Shown here: in pieces, positions 61,580 through 64,000 of the stretch | Position numbering within the stretch: position 1 is the first letter of the stretch | How the letters are laid out: each line of letters opens with the position of its first letter | Assembly (NCBI GenBank): GCA_030770535.1 | Contig: JASVEC010000013.1 | Span: 372,001-436,000 of the forward strand | Direction: 5' to 3' | Source: Batkoa obscura | Lineage: Eukaryota | DNA length: 64,000 nucleotides | Made by a program: the position numbers and the translations under genes | Notes under the pieces: generated by a model | Databases searched by the model: none | What the model was told of the DNA's origin: nothing | Seen by the model: the letters and a program-made list of their open reading frames with translations, nothing else

Positions 61580-62488
61580 ATGTTTGAATCACCATTTAAA
61601 ACGTATATGTTAGAATATTATGCTAACTCATTATCTATAATATTAACATTATACTCATTATTTTTATTTATTACTGTGTCTTTTATTAACAATAGAATCA
61701 ACAATAATATACCTTATTTAATTTCCATATTTATATTAATAAGTGATTTGTTATATTCAATATGTCAAATAGGATTTGCATTTGTTACATTACCACCAAT
61801 AGCATGTAAAATCTATCAATGGGTGGAGATGTTATCTATATCCTTATCAATGTTTTATGCAGCTACTATATCAATTATATTTTTATTAGCAATCAAATAT
61901 GAACTAAGATTAACTTTAACAATGAGGATATTAACGTATAGTATAGCACCAATATTATCTATAATATTAAGTACATTACCAATAGCTTTTGATAAGATAA
62001 GGACAACGGATGGATGTGGCTTTAATATGAAAGGAGATGGGGTTATTTGGATTTTAGCTACCAAATTTGGAGCTACTTTTTTTACCGTGTTTATATGTCC
62101 CATTATTTATATTGTAATTATCTATTATCTAGCATTAAAGAAACGTATGTTAAGTCGATCAGGAATCAGTAGTGGCAGTAATGGCTCTTCGATACGATAT
62201 AGAGCCTTTATACGATTATTCATTTATCCATTAATACCTTTAATTAGTTATGTATTTTATATGGTTGTATTTCTGTTTGCTATCTTTAAAATTAAAATGA
62301 ACAAGACGACCGTTTCTACTATTGGTGATATTGGCGCCTTTTTTTCTGGTTTACAAGGTTTTTTTAATTCATTATTATTTTTAACTAATAGTATCTTCTT
62401 AAAAGAAATTAATCAAGTGGGAGAATGGTATAGTGATTCTTCCTTCTTTGATAAAACTTATTTTATTAAATTGAAACAATCTAATTGA
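61580..62488 (+). CDS. cAMP-receptor-like/Git3-type 7TM GPCR, paralog 3
   Basis: First ATG 61580 (ORF-track start is TTG); ILISDLLY, RLFIYPLIP, SGLQGFFNSLLFLTNSIFLKEIN. Confidence 0.8.
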   Translation: MFESPFKTYMLEYYANSLSIILTLYSLFLFITVSFINNRINNNIPYLISIFILISDLLYSICQIGFAFVTLPPIACKIYQWVEMLSISLSMFYAATISIIFLLAIKYELRLTLTMRILTYSIAPILSIILSTLPIAFDKIRTTDGCGFNMKGDGVIWILATKFGATFFTVFICPIIYIVIIYYLALKKRMLSRSGISSGSNGSSIRYRAFIRLFIYPLIPLISYVFYMVVFLFAIFKIKMNKTTVSTIGDIGAFFSGLQGFFNSLLFLTNSIFLKEINQVGEWYSDSSFFDKTYFIKLKQSN

Positions 62489-62694
62489 TTAATATCAATA
62501 ATAATTTAAAAGCTGGCCCTTAAATTATTATTATTATCATTATTGTTTAGATTTAAATGATACAATTTTCCACAACATTTAGTTAAAGTAAAGGAGAATT
62601 AAAAATTCAAATATCTCAATACACCATTATTTTGGCTCCAAGTTACATTGTAAAGTATGCTTATAATATCTCAATTTCATTTCAAATAATATAT

Positions 62695-62794
62695 GGGGAT
62701 GTATTTTTTTGTTTAAGAATTTTACTAACAATCTTTCCACTCAAATAGCCCTTAAAAAATGGAAAAAGTGATGAAATCAAAAAAAAACATTCTC
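62695..62794 (-). mobile_element. ~100-bp MITE (family A)
   Basis: Matches the family; flanks ATAT/ATAC. Confidence 0.85.
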
Positions 62795-64000
62795 ATACAT
62801 TTCTTCTTTTTCATATAACTTTGTTAATAAATATTGAATATTTATATTTATTTATTTTGCTTACTTATTTTACAAAATAAATTTTCTATTGAAATCCCGC
62901 ATATTGTTTTAAGTTCATTATATCCTTTAATAAATGTTAAATAAAATCATCAATGAAATCATTATGAACTTATTTTTTATATTATATAGGAATGAGTCTA
63001 AGGAAATTGAACATTGATTTAATCTAATTTTAACTTAGAATCATAGTTCAGATATCAATGTATTTTAGCAACAAAGATATTTTATAAATAACTAGTTTCA
63101 TAAACTAAACAAAGCTGGTATTCTTTTTATTCAAATGGGATAGAGCTAAATAATTTATAAGCTGAATACTCGTTATAAATAAAAGCAGTTAATCGAGATA
63201 ATGAACTACTAAATGTTATTATCACCTCAATTTTATAAAAAATTGGAAGCAAATCCAATTTCTTTTTAGAAGTACAGTACAGCCAATTTTACCATTTAAC
63301 TATCGATGATTTTGACTATTTTGCTAATAATCCCCCATAATACTACTAGTAATACTACAACAAAGTGGCTTATTTCAGAGAAGATATTTTGCGAATCTTG
63401 CTCCATGAAAATGTAAAAAGTATGCAACTGTTTTTATGAAGCAATTGCATTGATTAGTCCAGTTAATAAAAAAGAAATTTTTTATGATGAGACGCAGGCC
63501 CAAAAGCCATTAGCTAAAAATAGTGGACAAGAGTATTTTGATTATTAAATTGGAAATATCAATATATGTATATCCTATTTTTTCTTTTAGGGAAAATAAA
63601 ACCTTATTAAGTTATGGAGTTCTACTTGAAACGGTATTTCAAGTCCCGCTTTTATTAGCAGTTTAATAGATAGATCATGAGCTGTTCAAGTCCACGATAG
63701 AAAGTAAAAATTAATATAAAATAAATAATTTAAAAATTTCCATTTAAAAGGTACAAAAAATGATAAATTAATATGTTTTATTAGAAATTTCAAAAGGCAA
63801 TTTACAAATCAAACATACAAAGTAAATCAAGATTTCATAGCTTTTAAATCCATTAAAAATTATGGTCTAGGAAATTTGAACCTTCAATGGATATATCAAT
63901 TTTATACTGAGTTTAGTTAATGGCAGATCGCTTCATCACAAAGATAGAACTATACTAGATCACATTTATTAACTGGCCCATTTTGTAAAGTTAAGATAGG

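Noticed and set aside
3208..62794. Dispersed repeats as a CRISPR array or prokaryotic system
   Set aside because: No regular repeat-spacer periodicity and no cas genes; eukaryotic gene content; the repeats have TIR/TSD structure
60130..64000. Possible decayed transposon remnants (60130-61380, 63050-64000; also ~36000-36660, ~52030-52670)
   Set aside because: No ORF, motif or terminal structure that I can assign with confidence

Overview
Very AT-rich eukaryotic DNA with intronless ORFs. The gene content suggests an early-diverging fungus, possibly Entomophthoromycotina/Conidiobolus-like; this is inference only. The main observation is a family of seven 126-nt genes, five of them absent from the ORF track, encoding 41-aa secreted precursors: signal peptide, conserved VPxxNQPAA, a hypervariable 10-mer and an invariant C-terminal HWP, in four peptide variants. 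They are interleaved with three paralogous cAMP-receptor-like 7TM GPCRs (two transcribed divergently from a peptide gene), a family of cell-surface kelch proteins, DJ-1/PfpI genes and an S28 proline-specific peptidase. This looks like a candidate peptide-ligand/GPCR signalling or self-recognition locus. Also present: a class-A-like GPCR, a membrane UDP-glycosyltransferase between two inverted tRNA-Arg(ACG) genes, and a Tvp15/COPI-associated gene. Mobile elements include three full-length ~2.87-kb Sola-like DNA transposons (each carrying a solo-LTR-like insert upstream of the transposase), one truncated copy, 12 cognate ~98-bp MITEs, a second MITE family with TTAGG(G) runs, free solo-LTR-like copies and LINE remnants.
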